Part shown: piece by piece, positions 12,733 through 24,649 of the stretch
Position numbering within the stretch: the first letter of the stretch is position 1
How the letters are laid out: each line of letters begins with the position of its first letter
Source of the DNA: Narcine bancroftii
Taxonomy: Eukaryota
NCBI RefSeq assembly: GCF_036971445.1
Contig: NC_091477.1
Coordinates: 105,648,001-105,712,000, forward strand
DNA length: 64,000 bases
Direction: 5' to 3'
Program-made: the position numbers and the translations under genes
The notes under the pieces: model-generated
Databases searched by the model: none
Told to the model about the DNA's origin: nothing
Seen by the model: only the letters and a program-made list of their open reading frames with translations

Positions 12733-15269
12733 AACAATAAACTCTCATACTCTGATAGTCTGGAGTTATGTGTAAGCCAGATCAGAAGAGCTTAGATTTT
12801 CTTCTCCAAAGGCTATGAGCAAAGCAGATGGGCTTTTAAAATGGCAATTTCTGGTTGCATGGTCATTATTAGTTCAATTTTAAAGTCCAAATACTTAATT
12901 GATTCCAAGATTTTAAACTCCCCAGCTGTCTCCATGGGTCTTATTTTTGGATTGACAGTTCAAGTCTTTGGCTACAAGTCTAGTAATGTAACCATTTTAG
13001 ATATCAATCCAGTTCATTTCAAGAAAGAAGAAAAATCAAAAGAACATTAGATTTTTTAAAAATCTGAATTTTCAAGTTTCCTATTCCAAGAATATGACAT
13101 TGCTGACTTGACTGGTAGTCTCTTGCTAATTCACACATTTTAAAACTGAGCTTGAGTTACAGAAAATTAAAGACTTAAAAGTGATTGTTTGCACAAAAAA
13201 GATTAGAAGGAAGAAAAGACAAAAGGGATACATAAAAATACTGAAATAGAAACCAGAGTAATAACTCATAGGAACTTCTGAGGGAAGTTCTGAGGTAATC
13301 AGGTCCTTCGTGGATACACATGCTTTCCTATTTCCTGAAAAAATGAGAAGAAACAAAACTGAACAGCCACTCCATCATTCTCCAAAACAATATTACGACC
13401 TTTAATGCATTTCAAGCCTCAAAATGTAAATTATAGTAGGCCACACCTTTTAAAAGGTAAAAAAAAATATTTGGTGACGTTTTAAGAGAACGTAAGACAA
13501 AAGGGAACAAAAACTCAGTTGATTTCCAGATGCAAAGTAACAAAATAAAAATCAATGGTGCATAATAATTTTCTATTATGGCATTTCTCCTCTGATAGTT
13601 ATATTTAAAAATGAAGCGATTATTTAAAATTCACTCCCAAAATTAAGACCATTGAAATAAATTAAAATATTTTAGAACACTTTAACCTACTCATAAAACT
13701 GTCAGTCCAATTCTTCAAACTCCAAATATGTTCAAAAGTCCCAAGAATCACATTCAACCAAAGTTATGAAATCTTATATCACAAATGAAAACTTATTTTT
13801 TTCATTAGTAGCACATTCAAAATAGGTTGTAAACTTCCAAGTAAAACTTGGTTATGAAATTCATTTTTATTCTTCAGCCAAGATTCCATGCAAGAGAGGA
13901 ACTGATTTGTTAAACTGATAGCGATTTACCAACAGAAAACCAAATTATCCTAGTATCTACAGATGGGAGTTTTGAACCCCAAATTACAGGTACTAATCAT
14001 AACACATTTAGACATTTGTAGTTAATGACATAAACCATTGCAAACTATGCAGAGGTCAATCAGTATTTCATGCAGGATAATCTATTTTCAAAAGCAAGGA
14101 AACAAACACTAATTTTTATACTTTTAACTAAGATCAGAGCAAACTAAAACTGATGAGATTCAGGACCACAAATCTTTCCAAATCAATGATAAAGTTTTAA
14201 ACAAATGATACAGAGTATATTAATTACATTAATAAACTGAAAGTTTCAATCAAAACAAACAGTAAAACAATCTAGGCCACAATCATCAAACTTGAGTACA
14301 GATTATAAGAAATAGTTAAAACAAAACAAATATATGTGTACATTTATTCTGTAAGCCTACATCTAGGAGAAAAATAGAATTGTCTTATGAGGAGTTTTAT
14401 AAATCAAATTAAAGTAGATCAGGAAGACACAGTTTGACTGAACAACCAGACAGTATGAATCAGAATCTCTATGATCACTAACAGTAAATGATTTGTAGAA
14501 TTCATTTTCCAATGGTTATTATAAAATGTCTACAAGAAATAGTACCGCAAGAGGAAATACAAAGTAAATTTATTAAAAGTAGTTAAATTTGAAGTTGTAG
14601 TGGGCTGATAGATTGTTCAAACAGATAGTTGTTTGCAAGTGTACTACTTTAATTTTATCTTTCATTTTAAATAGTTTCCAAATGTTGTTTAGTGTTTGTT
14701 AAAATTAAAGACATTAACAAATATCCAGTGGTTGTGAGAGCACTGAGAGCTGAGGAACTTGGAAGTTACTAAACATTTGTTCAAAACTAAAACTGATTAT
14801 GTCCTTATTTGTTTATTAATCTTTAAAAACAGAAAAAAACTGTAAAAACTTAAGCTTAGAATCTGGAAATCAAACTTGAAAACAAATACTCCAAATTAAC
14901 CTTAGCAAAATGCAATATATTCACAGATCTTAATTCTCATTAGAACGCAACATATAATAAATATGCACATCTATAAACATCTTCAATTTTGGAAATTAAA
15001 AAAAAATTACCCTTCTCATGAATTTGTGCCTCCACCTCTTACACCAACACTACCCAATACCACCTTCATTTTAATCTCTCTTGTCCAGAAAGAACAATTG
15101 AGATAATACTCAACTTCAGAAGGTAAACCATATTTTAAAAAAATGTTACAGTTCCCTGAGAATTAAACAAGCAGAGTAGATGGGGGGGGGGGGGGGGGCG
15201 GGTGGGGTGGGAAGGACTGTGAGTGTTGTTGGAATTTCAGAATTCATTTGACGAAGTACCATTTAAGTG

Positions 15270-16275
15270 CATAAAATAAGCTCATGTGTTAGCTTGGATT
15301 GAACACTGATAATTGAATAGAAGATAGAGTCGGAATGAGGACAAGTATTTTTCCAAGCATCAGCATTTGGGCCTCAATTATTTACAATTTATGTCAATGC
15401 TCTGGAGGAGGAGGAGGCAGAATGTAACATATAGTAAGTTTGCCAATGTCAAAAATAAGGTGAAAGGGCATATTATGATGGAGGTATTATGATTCTGCAA
15501 CAGGGTGATTGGTTAAGTACATGAGCAAAAATATGAACTCTTAATGTAGAAACCTACAATTTTATTTTAAAAAGATAAAGGCAAATATCTGAGCGGAGAA
15601 AGACTGCAGATGAGCAAGGTGTTTTGTGGAAAAAGTTTCCACGCAGGTGCAACATATGGCCAGGAAGTCAAATGACATATTATTGTTTATTGCACAGGTG
15701 AATTTGCTGCTGGTTAGGCCAAATCTGGAAATTGTGCACAATTTTAGTCCTTTGATTTAAAAAAATCAAACCAATATTGGAGGAAGTCGAAGCGATCTGC
15801 TCATCCCTGAGTTGATAGGAAGGTCCTATCAGGAATGTCTATTTTCTTTGGAGTTTGGAAGAACGATGAGCAATTTTATTGAAACATTTAAAAGACTTGA
15901 GGTGGGAGGGGATCACATCACAGTTGACGTTGAGATGCTTTCGTAACTGAGAGAATATCAAACAAAACTAGGAGGGATTCATTTAAAAGTCATTTGCACG
16001 ATCAGGAGGCACAAGTGCCACAAGACTCGCACCACCAGGTTCAGGGACAGCTGCTCCCCCTCCACCATCAGACTCCTCAACCACAAACTGCATCAGGGAC
16101 TCATTTCAGGACTCTTTTGCACTTCATTGATTTCTGTCAGTTTGTTTACATTTCTTTATTGCACACTGAATACAGTTTTTGGTGCTGCATGACCCCCTAA
16201 GTGCCTCGCCCACAGGGAGAAAATGAATCTCAGGGTTGTACGTGATGTCATACGTGTACCCTGACAATAAATCTG
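15270..16275 (+). mobile_element. Old CR1-like 3' fragment followed by a Rex-like tail (15995-16275)
   Basis: Decayed CR1 RT-like motifs (gggcctcaattatttacaattta; aagtttgccaatg; ctggttaggcc); tail ends gacaataaatctga. Confidence 0.55.
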
Positions 16276-16634
16276 AGAGGCTGGTGAATCTCTGAAATTC
16301 TTTACTGCAGTGTTATGGGGGTTTTGATCACTGGGTAATTCCCATTGGCAACACACATAATCGCCTGAACTTTTAAATTATTCCTTCTACACTTCTGCTG
16401 AGTTTTTTCCATAGTTCCCCCCCCCCCCCCCACCCAGATTTCCAGGAGCTGTATTCTTTATAATTCCCTAGTCCCCCCCCCCCCCTCATCGTGCCCGAAG
16501 TGATGATACTTGCGGTTGAAGCGTGAATCCGTCCCCCTCCCCCGCGCGTTCTCATCCACGAGCCGCGCGTTCACGCCTCCGTGTTGACCTCAGTGCGCGA
16601 GCTTCCACCACGCCGCGTGCTCGGCCTCGCTCAC

Positions 16635-16884
16635 CCGATTGCGTGGTATCTGTCAAGTCCTGGTTCACCGCGCTCCTCGGGAACTCCTTCAGTTTCCTCC
16701 CGCTCAAGTTCAACACGCCGGTGGCAGCAGCCTCCTCCAGAGCTCGCTCCAAACTCCTGTTCCAAGGGATGTGACCCGACGCCGGGCCATTGGCACCGTT
16801 ACCGCCTCCGCCATCGAATCCGTTGAACCCAGCGCCGCTTGGCGTCGCGAGCTGACAGTCCGACATCAACATCGCCGCCGCCAT
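16635..16884 (-). CDS. LRCH3: LRCH3 (leucine-rich repeat and calponin homology domain protein 3) coding exon 1
   Basis: MAAAMLMSDC...WNRSLERALEEAAATGVLNLSGRKLKEFPRSAVNQDLTDTTQS matches the recalled LRCH N-terminus; phase-1 donor G|GTGAGC at the expected position; CpG island. LRCH3 is preferred over its paralogues because of the adjacent FYTTD1. Confidence 0.9.
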
Positions 16885-16903
16885 TATCGACCTCTGACTG
16901 CCA

Positions 16904-16969
16904 CTGCGCATGTGCGAGCACCGACCCCGTCTGCGCATGTGCGAGCACCGACCCCCGTCTGCGCATGTG
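16904..16969. repeat. 27/28-bp tandem repeat (~2.4 copies) carrying TGCGCATGTG NRF1-like sites
   Basis: ctgcgcatgtgcgagcaccgacccc(c)gt at 16904-16930 and 16931-16958; partial copy at 16959-16969. Confidence 0.9.
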
Positions 16970-18633
16970 TGGGGTGCAGGCCCACAGCAACCACAGAATG
17001 GCTGGGAAGGAGGCGTTTAAACATTCCCGCCTCCCCCCCCCCCCCAAGTTCCGTGAAATTCTCATCAGTCTTCCAGGGAGAAATTTGGGGACCGCCACAT
17101 ATTTCCAAAATAGCTGGTCTTGAGTCGGTGTTGATGGCTCCGATCAACGTGTCAGGAGTGGCCCGGAGTCGTGCACTTGACGGAAACCGAACAATCTCTT
17201 GCTAAGGTCAACTCATCCCAAACCGTTTTGGCGGCGATTTGTTCGCCCTTCCATTCACAAATGAGTTTGAAGAGATGATGAAGAGGACTGGCAAGGCCAG
17301 GATAGTGGCCGTGGACTTCAGCACAGCCTTTGACAGAGGTCTCTCATGGTAGGAGAGCCCCGTTTGCATGGGATCCGGGGAGAACTGGCCAACTGAATAT
17401 CGAATTGGCTTTTCTTTTTGGTAAGGGTCAGAGGATGGTCACGTTGGGAAGCCTGTGTCCAGGAGGCCTTTGTCGTCTCTATTAGCAATGTAGATGAGCA
17501 TGTTTGTGGATGACCCCAAAATTGGTGGTGTGGACAATGAAGGGTGTCCAGCAGGTGGAATGACCCAGCCATGTTTATCAAAATAAGCTATGGATAGTTC
17601 AGTCCAACACGTTTACTCCAGAATCTTTGGAGCAGTTTGGTTTCAAGCAAAGAAGCGTGAATCCGTCCCCCTCCCCCGCAGTTTGGTTTAAAACAAAGAA
17701 CGAAAAGGTCAAAAGAGTAAATGTACAACATGGACTCTAAAGGGCTCTACAAATAGGTAAAAAAAAGGCACTAGAGACATCATTTGCCTGGTCATAAAAC
17801 AGGAAATTCCATAATGGGGAAGAGGGAAATGGTAGAACAATTACAGAGAAGTGAATACAAATAACTTTCCAGTAATGTTTGAGAACCAAAAAAATCTAAT
17901 AACACTGGCAAAATTAATTGCATGGAAAGCTGATAAATCCCCGAGCCCTGATATTTTGTATCCTAGAGTATTAATGGAGGTAGTAGCCATTTAAATAATA
18001 TTTGCATAATTTATTTTCCAAAGCTCTGTTGTTCCAAAGTTCAAGTTCATTGTCATCCGATTGCAAATATCCATCCCGACAAAATTGCATCTCCAGACCA
18101 CAGTGCACACATCCGTCATACAAATAAAATATATACATAGTGATCCAAAATAAATATATCTAAAAATAATTTACAGATTGGTAAAATTGTTCAACAGTCT
18201 CACTGTCTGCAGGAAGAAACTTGTTTTTACCTTCCTTGAAGGTAATGTCTCAAAGGTGCTGTGTGCTAGATGGTAAGGGTCCTCAATGATTCTTTGACCC
18301 TTCTTTAAGCACCGCCTCCTGTAATATATAAATTAAGGGGAGACCCCAATGATCTCTCAGCAGTTTTAATCACACTATTTATTCTGACCTCTGATCTGAT
18401 GCTTTGCAGATACCATATCACACTTATGCTGCCAGCCAGGAACAGCTACCATAAATTGATGATTAGCAAATGTAATCCCACTGTTTAAACAAAGTAGGGA
18501 ATACTGCAAACCACAGAACAATTAGCAGTGGGTCATTATTGTTAATGTCTTTAAAAGAGATAGATTGTGGGGGTTTTGTGTGTAGGTCACTTCACAAACA
18601 GAGTAACACTTCACAAAAGATATCTCATTTGGT

Positions 18634-21600
18634 GGGGATGTCACATGATGAAGTTGAGCCAGGATGAGAAATCTGGCTCTTCAGGGAAAAAGTTTAAAAA
18701 AAAGAAAATAAGAAGTGAAGAGACAAGCTTGAAAATTCATCTACAGTGAAGGTGAACTACTGGAGTCAACAGACAAATGCCACCCAAGGACAAAGAAGTG
18801 GAAGAAAAGATAGAGCGACTAGAAGAAAAAGAAAGAAAAGACAAAGAAGGGCCTACCTTATCGTCGAGGCCAGGACTTGGAGTAGCGTCGGCTCTCCGTT
18901 CGAGGAGAGCCTCCCAGCTCGTTGCCCTCCCCCCTCCCGAGCGAGCCAAGGCATCCCTGCAACAAAAGGGATGTCCGGTCGAGGAGGGTAGTGACATGGT
19001 ATCAACCTGCCAGAATGGCTCATGAAGCCTGTGGGCCAGGACCCTGGATGATCGTAGAGGATGACAGAAGAGGAACAGCTGATTGAGGAGGGGTGGGGGT
19101 GGTGAACAACAACAACAGGAAGAAGCAGAAGTTATAAAAGAGGAGGAAGAGGAAGGATACTTGAGCATGGAAGAAACACTGGAAGAGGAGGAGAGGGTAA
19201 GGCAGAAAATTAAGGCTGCTACTTTTACTAAAGACCTCTTAACTATTATTTAGTATTAGGTTTTGAGGACAACTGAGATGCGACTTTTAGATGGAGATTT
19301 AATACCCCTGTAGTATGTTATTGAAAAGGGAAGATTTTTGTCAGTTTATTAGAGATCAGATAAAACAATTCCTGGCTAGTAATGAAGATTCAATGGATAC
19401 TAAATTTGTTCTTTGGGTCACTATGAAAGCTTTTATTTGTGGCCAAATGATACATTTTTCTTCTAAGATCAAAAAGGAATATTTGGCTCGTTAATACTTT
19501 AGAGAGGGATATATTGACCTTAGAGAAAGAGCTACCAAGACGGCTGTCAGACGATCGTAAAATAATTTCAATGAATAGAAAGTTACAGTATTATACATTG
19601 CAATCTTATTGAATGGAAAAAAATGATTATTAGTTTTAAACAGATATTATGAATTGGCAGAACAGGCACATAAAATTTTGGCATGGCAACTGATGACAGG
19701 AGTCTAGAGTTATTACTGTTACCTGAGTGGAAAAAGATTGTGTATCATACAAACCACAAGATATAAATGATTAATTTAAGCAATTTTATATGAAATTATA
19801 TAAATCAGAGTCAGTACAGGAAGAATTTTTGGATCAAGTTAATTTATCTAGATTAAGTGGGGAGGAGCAGAAATCTTTTTAGGAATTTCTTTGTCAGTTG
19901 CTGAAGTAGCGAAAGTTATGTCCTCGTTACAAAATAATAAATCTCCAGGTGAAGATGGGTTTACATCTGAATTTTACAAGGAATTTAAAGATGTTTTGAT
20001 TCCAGTATTTATGAAAGTTTTGTTACAATTGGACCAGACGGGAAATTTACCCGATTCCTTTAAAACAGCTGTTATAATGGTTATTCTAAAAAAGGTAAAG
20101 ATCCATTAATGACATCATCTTATAGACCAATATCTTTAATGTAGATTATAAAATATTAGCTAAATTGTTGGCCAATAAGTTGGAAAACGTTTTGCCGAAA
20201 TTGATTAATAAGGATCAAACGGGATTTATTGAAAATAGAAAATCAGCAGATATTGTGACCCGGTTGCTTAGTTTAATTCATCTAGTTCAAAAGAAAGGTA
20301 CCAACAGTGTGGCAGTAGCATTAGATGGAGAGAAGGCTTTTGATAGAGTGGAGTGGGACTTTCTTTTTAAAACACTAAATTTGGATTGGGTCAAATATGT
20401 GCAACTTGGATAAAAACCACTATATAAAGACCCAAAAGCAAGGGTTGTGACAAATTATGTTATGTCTGATTATATTCAATTGACTATATCAACTAGGCAA
20501 GGCTGTCAATTATTGCCCACTTTTTTTGTATTGGGAATTGAACCTTTGGCCAAATTAATTAGAAAAGACCCAAATATTAAAGGTATTAGAACAGGTACTA
20601 ATGAACATAAATTAAGTTTATTTGCGTATGATGTAATTGTATTCCTGACTGATCCTGAAAGATCATTATGTAAATTACAACTGCAATTGGAATATGGTAG
20701 TGTGTCGGGATACAAGATGAATTGAGATAAAAGTGAGATAATGCTGTTGGCATTTGGTGATTACGCTCAGTGTCAACAAAAAACAAAAATTTAAATGGCC
20801 TGAAGGATGTATAAAATATTTAGGTGTTCGAATTGACAGTCAGTTAGATATTCTTTATAAAATTAATTATGGACCGCTGTTTCAGAAAATTGAAGCAGAT
20901 TTAAAAAGGTAGATTGATCTAACAATTACATTAATAGGTCAAGTAAATTGTATTAAAATGAATATTTTTCCTAGGGTTCAATATCTATTCCAATTCTTAC
21001 CTATTGTCGTATCCAAGAGGTTTTTTTTAAGGATTTAAATAAAATTATACAAAAGTTTTTATGGAAAGGCAAGATGCCAAGGATTTCTATGGAGAAACTG
21101 ACTTTGAGGTTTGATTCGGGTGGTCTACAACTTCCTAATTTTGAATATTATTATAATGCAGTCCAACTACGATTTCCTGTCTCCTTTTTTGAGGAGGGAG
21201 ATAAAGTGGCATGGGTTAATGATGAAATGAATAAAATAGGTGAACAACAGCCTGAAGAGGTATTACACAAATGGAATGAAGCGTTATTAACTGGGGAAGT
21301 AGATACTCCAATATGGAGACATTTGATAAGAGTATGGCATAATGTACATAGATTGATTGGAATGAAGGGATACTGATTAGCAAATATGCCATTGGTACAA
21401 AATATGCCTTTTACATTGGACAATAGAATTTTATTAACTAGTCAAAGAAAGGACTAGTTTATTAAAGATTGTTATCAAGGTAGACATTTAATGACATTTG
21501 ATCAATTGAAAACAACTTATGGAATACAAAATACTGCAATATTTGGATATTATCAATTAAAGGCCTTTTTACGAGAGAATTTGACTTAGCTATATTTATT

Positions 21601-22250
21601 TCCACAAGATGATGAAATTGAAATTATTATAACTAATCCAAATCTTAAATAGATTATATTGGTTATGTATCTTTTGCTTCTAAGAGGAGCTATTAAAAAA
21701 AGATTTTCATAAATCCAGAGTTGGGAAGATGATTTAGGTATAGTTATAAACAATAAAAATTGGGCCCAGATATATCATGACAATATGAAAATTACAATAA
21801 ATGTTAGATATAGAGTGGTTTAATATAATTTTCTTTACATCATTTGTATATTGCACCTCAAAAGCAGAAATTAGACGTCAGATAAATGCTTTTGATGTAA
21901 ACAAGACATTGTTACTTTCTTACATTCCACGTGGACATGTCTTAAATTGAATTCCTTTTGGATCAAATTGATTGATTTTCTACAACAAATTGATTCCACT
22001 TCCACAAAATCCTATGCTATTTTTACTAGGAGATATATCAAAGGTTTATCTGGAATCTAATTTGGATTGGTCTCAGGAATTTTTAAAGATTGCATTGGCA
22101 GTTTTAGAAAATTGCAACTTCCATGCAGTTTCATGGAAATTGGAAACAGATCTAGCATTAGAGCGTTGCCACAGTGAAATTTGAAGTTGTATACCTTTGG
22201 AAAAAAATTACATATACTTTAAGGAACAAGCCAAATACTATCACATAAGT
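18634..22250 (+). mobile_element. Old, internally deleted L1-clade LINE
   Basis: ORF1-like start MPPKDKEVEE; ORF2 peptides 'KSPGEDGFTSEFYK', 'LDGEKAFDRVEW', 'TRQGC', 'LSLFAYDV', 'GGLQLPNF'; many stops; endonuclease region mostly missing. Confidence 0.9.
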
Positions 22251-22347
22251 TCAAATCTTGCCTATTTCAAAAATTCTCTTGAAACAGCTATTCTTGCAAA
22301 TGTTCAGTTACCTTTCAAATGTCTCAAGGATATTTTCTCAGCATCAC

Positions 22348-24644
22348 TGTCGAAGTGAAATCATAGGTCACGAAGTCGTGGGCAAGTCAGTGGCAGATCT
22401 GACTTTGAGAGCTCCTGGTACAGCGCAAGCCCACAGCCTCGTGGCTGATATCATAAAGGTCCCTGGAATGGCAAGCGTCATCAAGTTCCGAGGGATTTAA
22501 ATGCACAAGAGAGTTCTATTCAAGACAGTTGGTTCAACTCACTTTCGACTCTTAGTGGTTCTTTTGCTCACTGCATGCCTTGTGCGACTACATTGATGAC
22601 CCTGACGGTCCAAACAGCATTTGGACCCAATGATGACCGATCCTAGTACACAGAATGCAGTTTCACTGAAAATACTGACTTTCTGGACCTTGCAGCCACA
22701 GGTCTGGTTTGAACCGGCTGAAGCCCAATTCCACGTCAGGCAAATAGTCTTGAACGCCACAAGGTACTACTATGTGGTCGGTTCACGCGACCAGGAAATA
22801 GCAGGCCACATCATTGACTTCCTACACTAGCCACCAGTTGTGGACAGGTATGAAACAATCAGGATGCTCGTGATCCGTACTTTTGGCCTCACCTGCCATG
22901 AGCGTGCATTACAGTTGCTCCACATAGACAGCGTAGGCGATCGTGTGCTATCAGCCTTCATGAATGAGATGCTGGCACTAGCAGACGGCCATAAGCCATG
23001 TTTACTGTTCGAACAAGTCTTTCTCAAGCAGATGCCAGAAGATACCTGCTGCCTCATTGCTGATGATTTCAGTGAGCCACGCAAAGTAGCGGCCTGCACA
23101 GATATCCTGTGGCACCCCAAGCAGGATGGCGGGGCCTCCATTGACAAAGATTCTGCGTCATGCCACCAACGAAGCCGGTGACACCTCAGGAAGGTGTGAT
23201 CCCAGTTCGGACTGTTGGTGTCTTTACCACGAAAAATGGGGTCAGGAGCCCAATGCGGCTGCCCACCCTGTTCTGATGAGATGCAAACCATCCCACTACA
23301 GTTTGGTTCCAACCATTTCACTGATCATTAAACTGGCAGCAGTATCGCAGTCTTTATTAGGTGGAGATTTCCTCCAGGCACACTGCCTCTTAGTGGACCT
23401 CAAAGGATGGTACCTTATAAATGCCAAGACCTTCCAGACCTTCTGACTCGGTGGTTTCCCGCCCCACACCTGGAAGAGTACTAGCAGACTTCCCGACCAC
23501 TATTACACTGCAGTTCTCCACAGAAACCCCTAGGTATGGTGTACAGCACCACATTCCCACTCAAGGACCACTGCTATACGCCCAGTCGTGCAGGCTCCCG
23601 CCCAACAAACTCTACCACACGAAGGAGGAGTTCAGGAAAATGGAGATAGGGATTGTTTGGTGCCCAGACAGTCCATGGGCCTCTCCACTGCACATGGTGC
23701 CAAGTCAGCTAGAGGACAGAGGCCATGCAGAAGGCTCATCGACACTACCACGGTCAACTTTTACCCAGTGCCCCACATTCAGGACTTTACAGCCAATTTG
23801 CCTGGGGCATGCATCTTCTCCAAGGTCCACCTGGTCTGTGGTTTTCACTAGATTCTCATCCACCCCAGCGAGGCCTCCAAAACAGCCCTCGTCACCATTT
23901 GGCCTATTCAATTTCCTGCAGATGCCTTTCAGACAAGAACGCAGCACAGACTTTCCAGCGGCTCATGGACTCAGTGGGACATGGCTTGAATTTCATCTTC
24001 ATCTACTTAGATGATATCCTGATCATCAGCTGCTCAACTCAAGAGCATTTTAAGCACTTGTGCCAATTTTGCTGGCCAACAATCCCACGAAGTGCCAGTT
24101 CAGGCTGTCAGCCATTGATTTCTTTGGACAGCGCATCCCTTGCAGGTGCAAGTCGAGACCATACTCTAGTTACCAGGCCAAGTACAGTAAAGGGCCAACA
24201 GGAGTTCATGGGCATGATCAACTTTTACCACCAATTCTTACCATCAGCAGCCCGAATCATACGACTCCTGTTCAGTCTGATGTCCACAGCAATTCCACGG
24301 AAATCACCTGGGACAGAGTCAGCAGCAGCTTTCGAGCAGGCCAAGGATGCTCTTGTAACGCCACCCTCCTGGTGCACCCACAGGTGGATGTGTCCACAGT
24401 CCTTACAGTTGACATTTCCAACTCAGCAGATGAACTGGCTCACAGAGTCGTGGCAAGTCCACAGAAGATCTGACTGTGAAAGCTCTGTGTGCAATGCAAG
24501 CCAACAGCCTTGCAGCTGATGTCATAAAGGTCCCAGGATTTGCAAGCATCATTGGGTTCAGGGATTTCTTTTAAATTCAGTTAGTTCAACTCAATTTCGA
24601 CTCTGTGTCATTCTTTGGCTCACTGCATGCCTAATGTAACTACA
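22348..24644 (+). mobile_element. Decayed Gypsy LTR retrotransposon with 5' LTR and partial 3' LTR
   Basis: LTR 22348-22592 (TG...CA), then PBS-like ttgatgaccctgacg; gag 'QNAVSLKILTFWTLQPQVWF'; RT 'DSPWASPLHMVP', 'NAAQTFQRLMD...YLDDILI'; second LTR copy ~24440-24644. Confidence 0.9.
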
Positions 24645-24649
24645 AGGTA

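Larger units (their letters stand above)
16490..17250 (-). promoter_or_regulatory. CpG island / LRCH3 promoter
   Basis: CpG-dense, GC-rich block in an AT-rich background; NRF1-like, YY1-like (ATAATGGCGGC) and E2F-like (TTCCCGC) motifs. Confidence 0.85.

Noticed and set aside
15182-15215. Poly-G tracts as functional G-quadruplexes (also ~32703, ~43474, ~57210)
   Set aside because: Simple homopolymers, mostly inside repeats, with unreliable lengths and no positional evidence for function
1-16634. LRCH3 exon 2 (DLSRNRL... LRR exon)
   Set aside because: No matching peptide seen on the minus strand; it probably lies beyond the left edge
16639-17205. 188-aa plus-strand ORF antisense to LRCH3 exon 1
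   Set aside because: Stop-poor GC-rich CpG island; no recognisable domain
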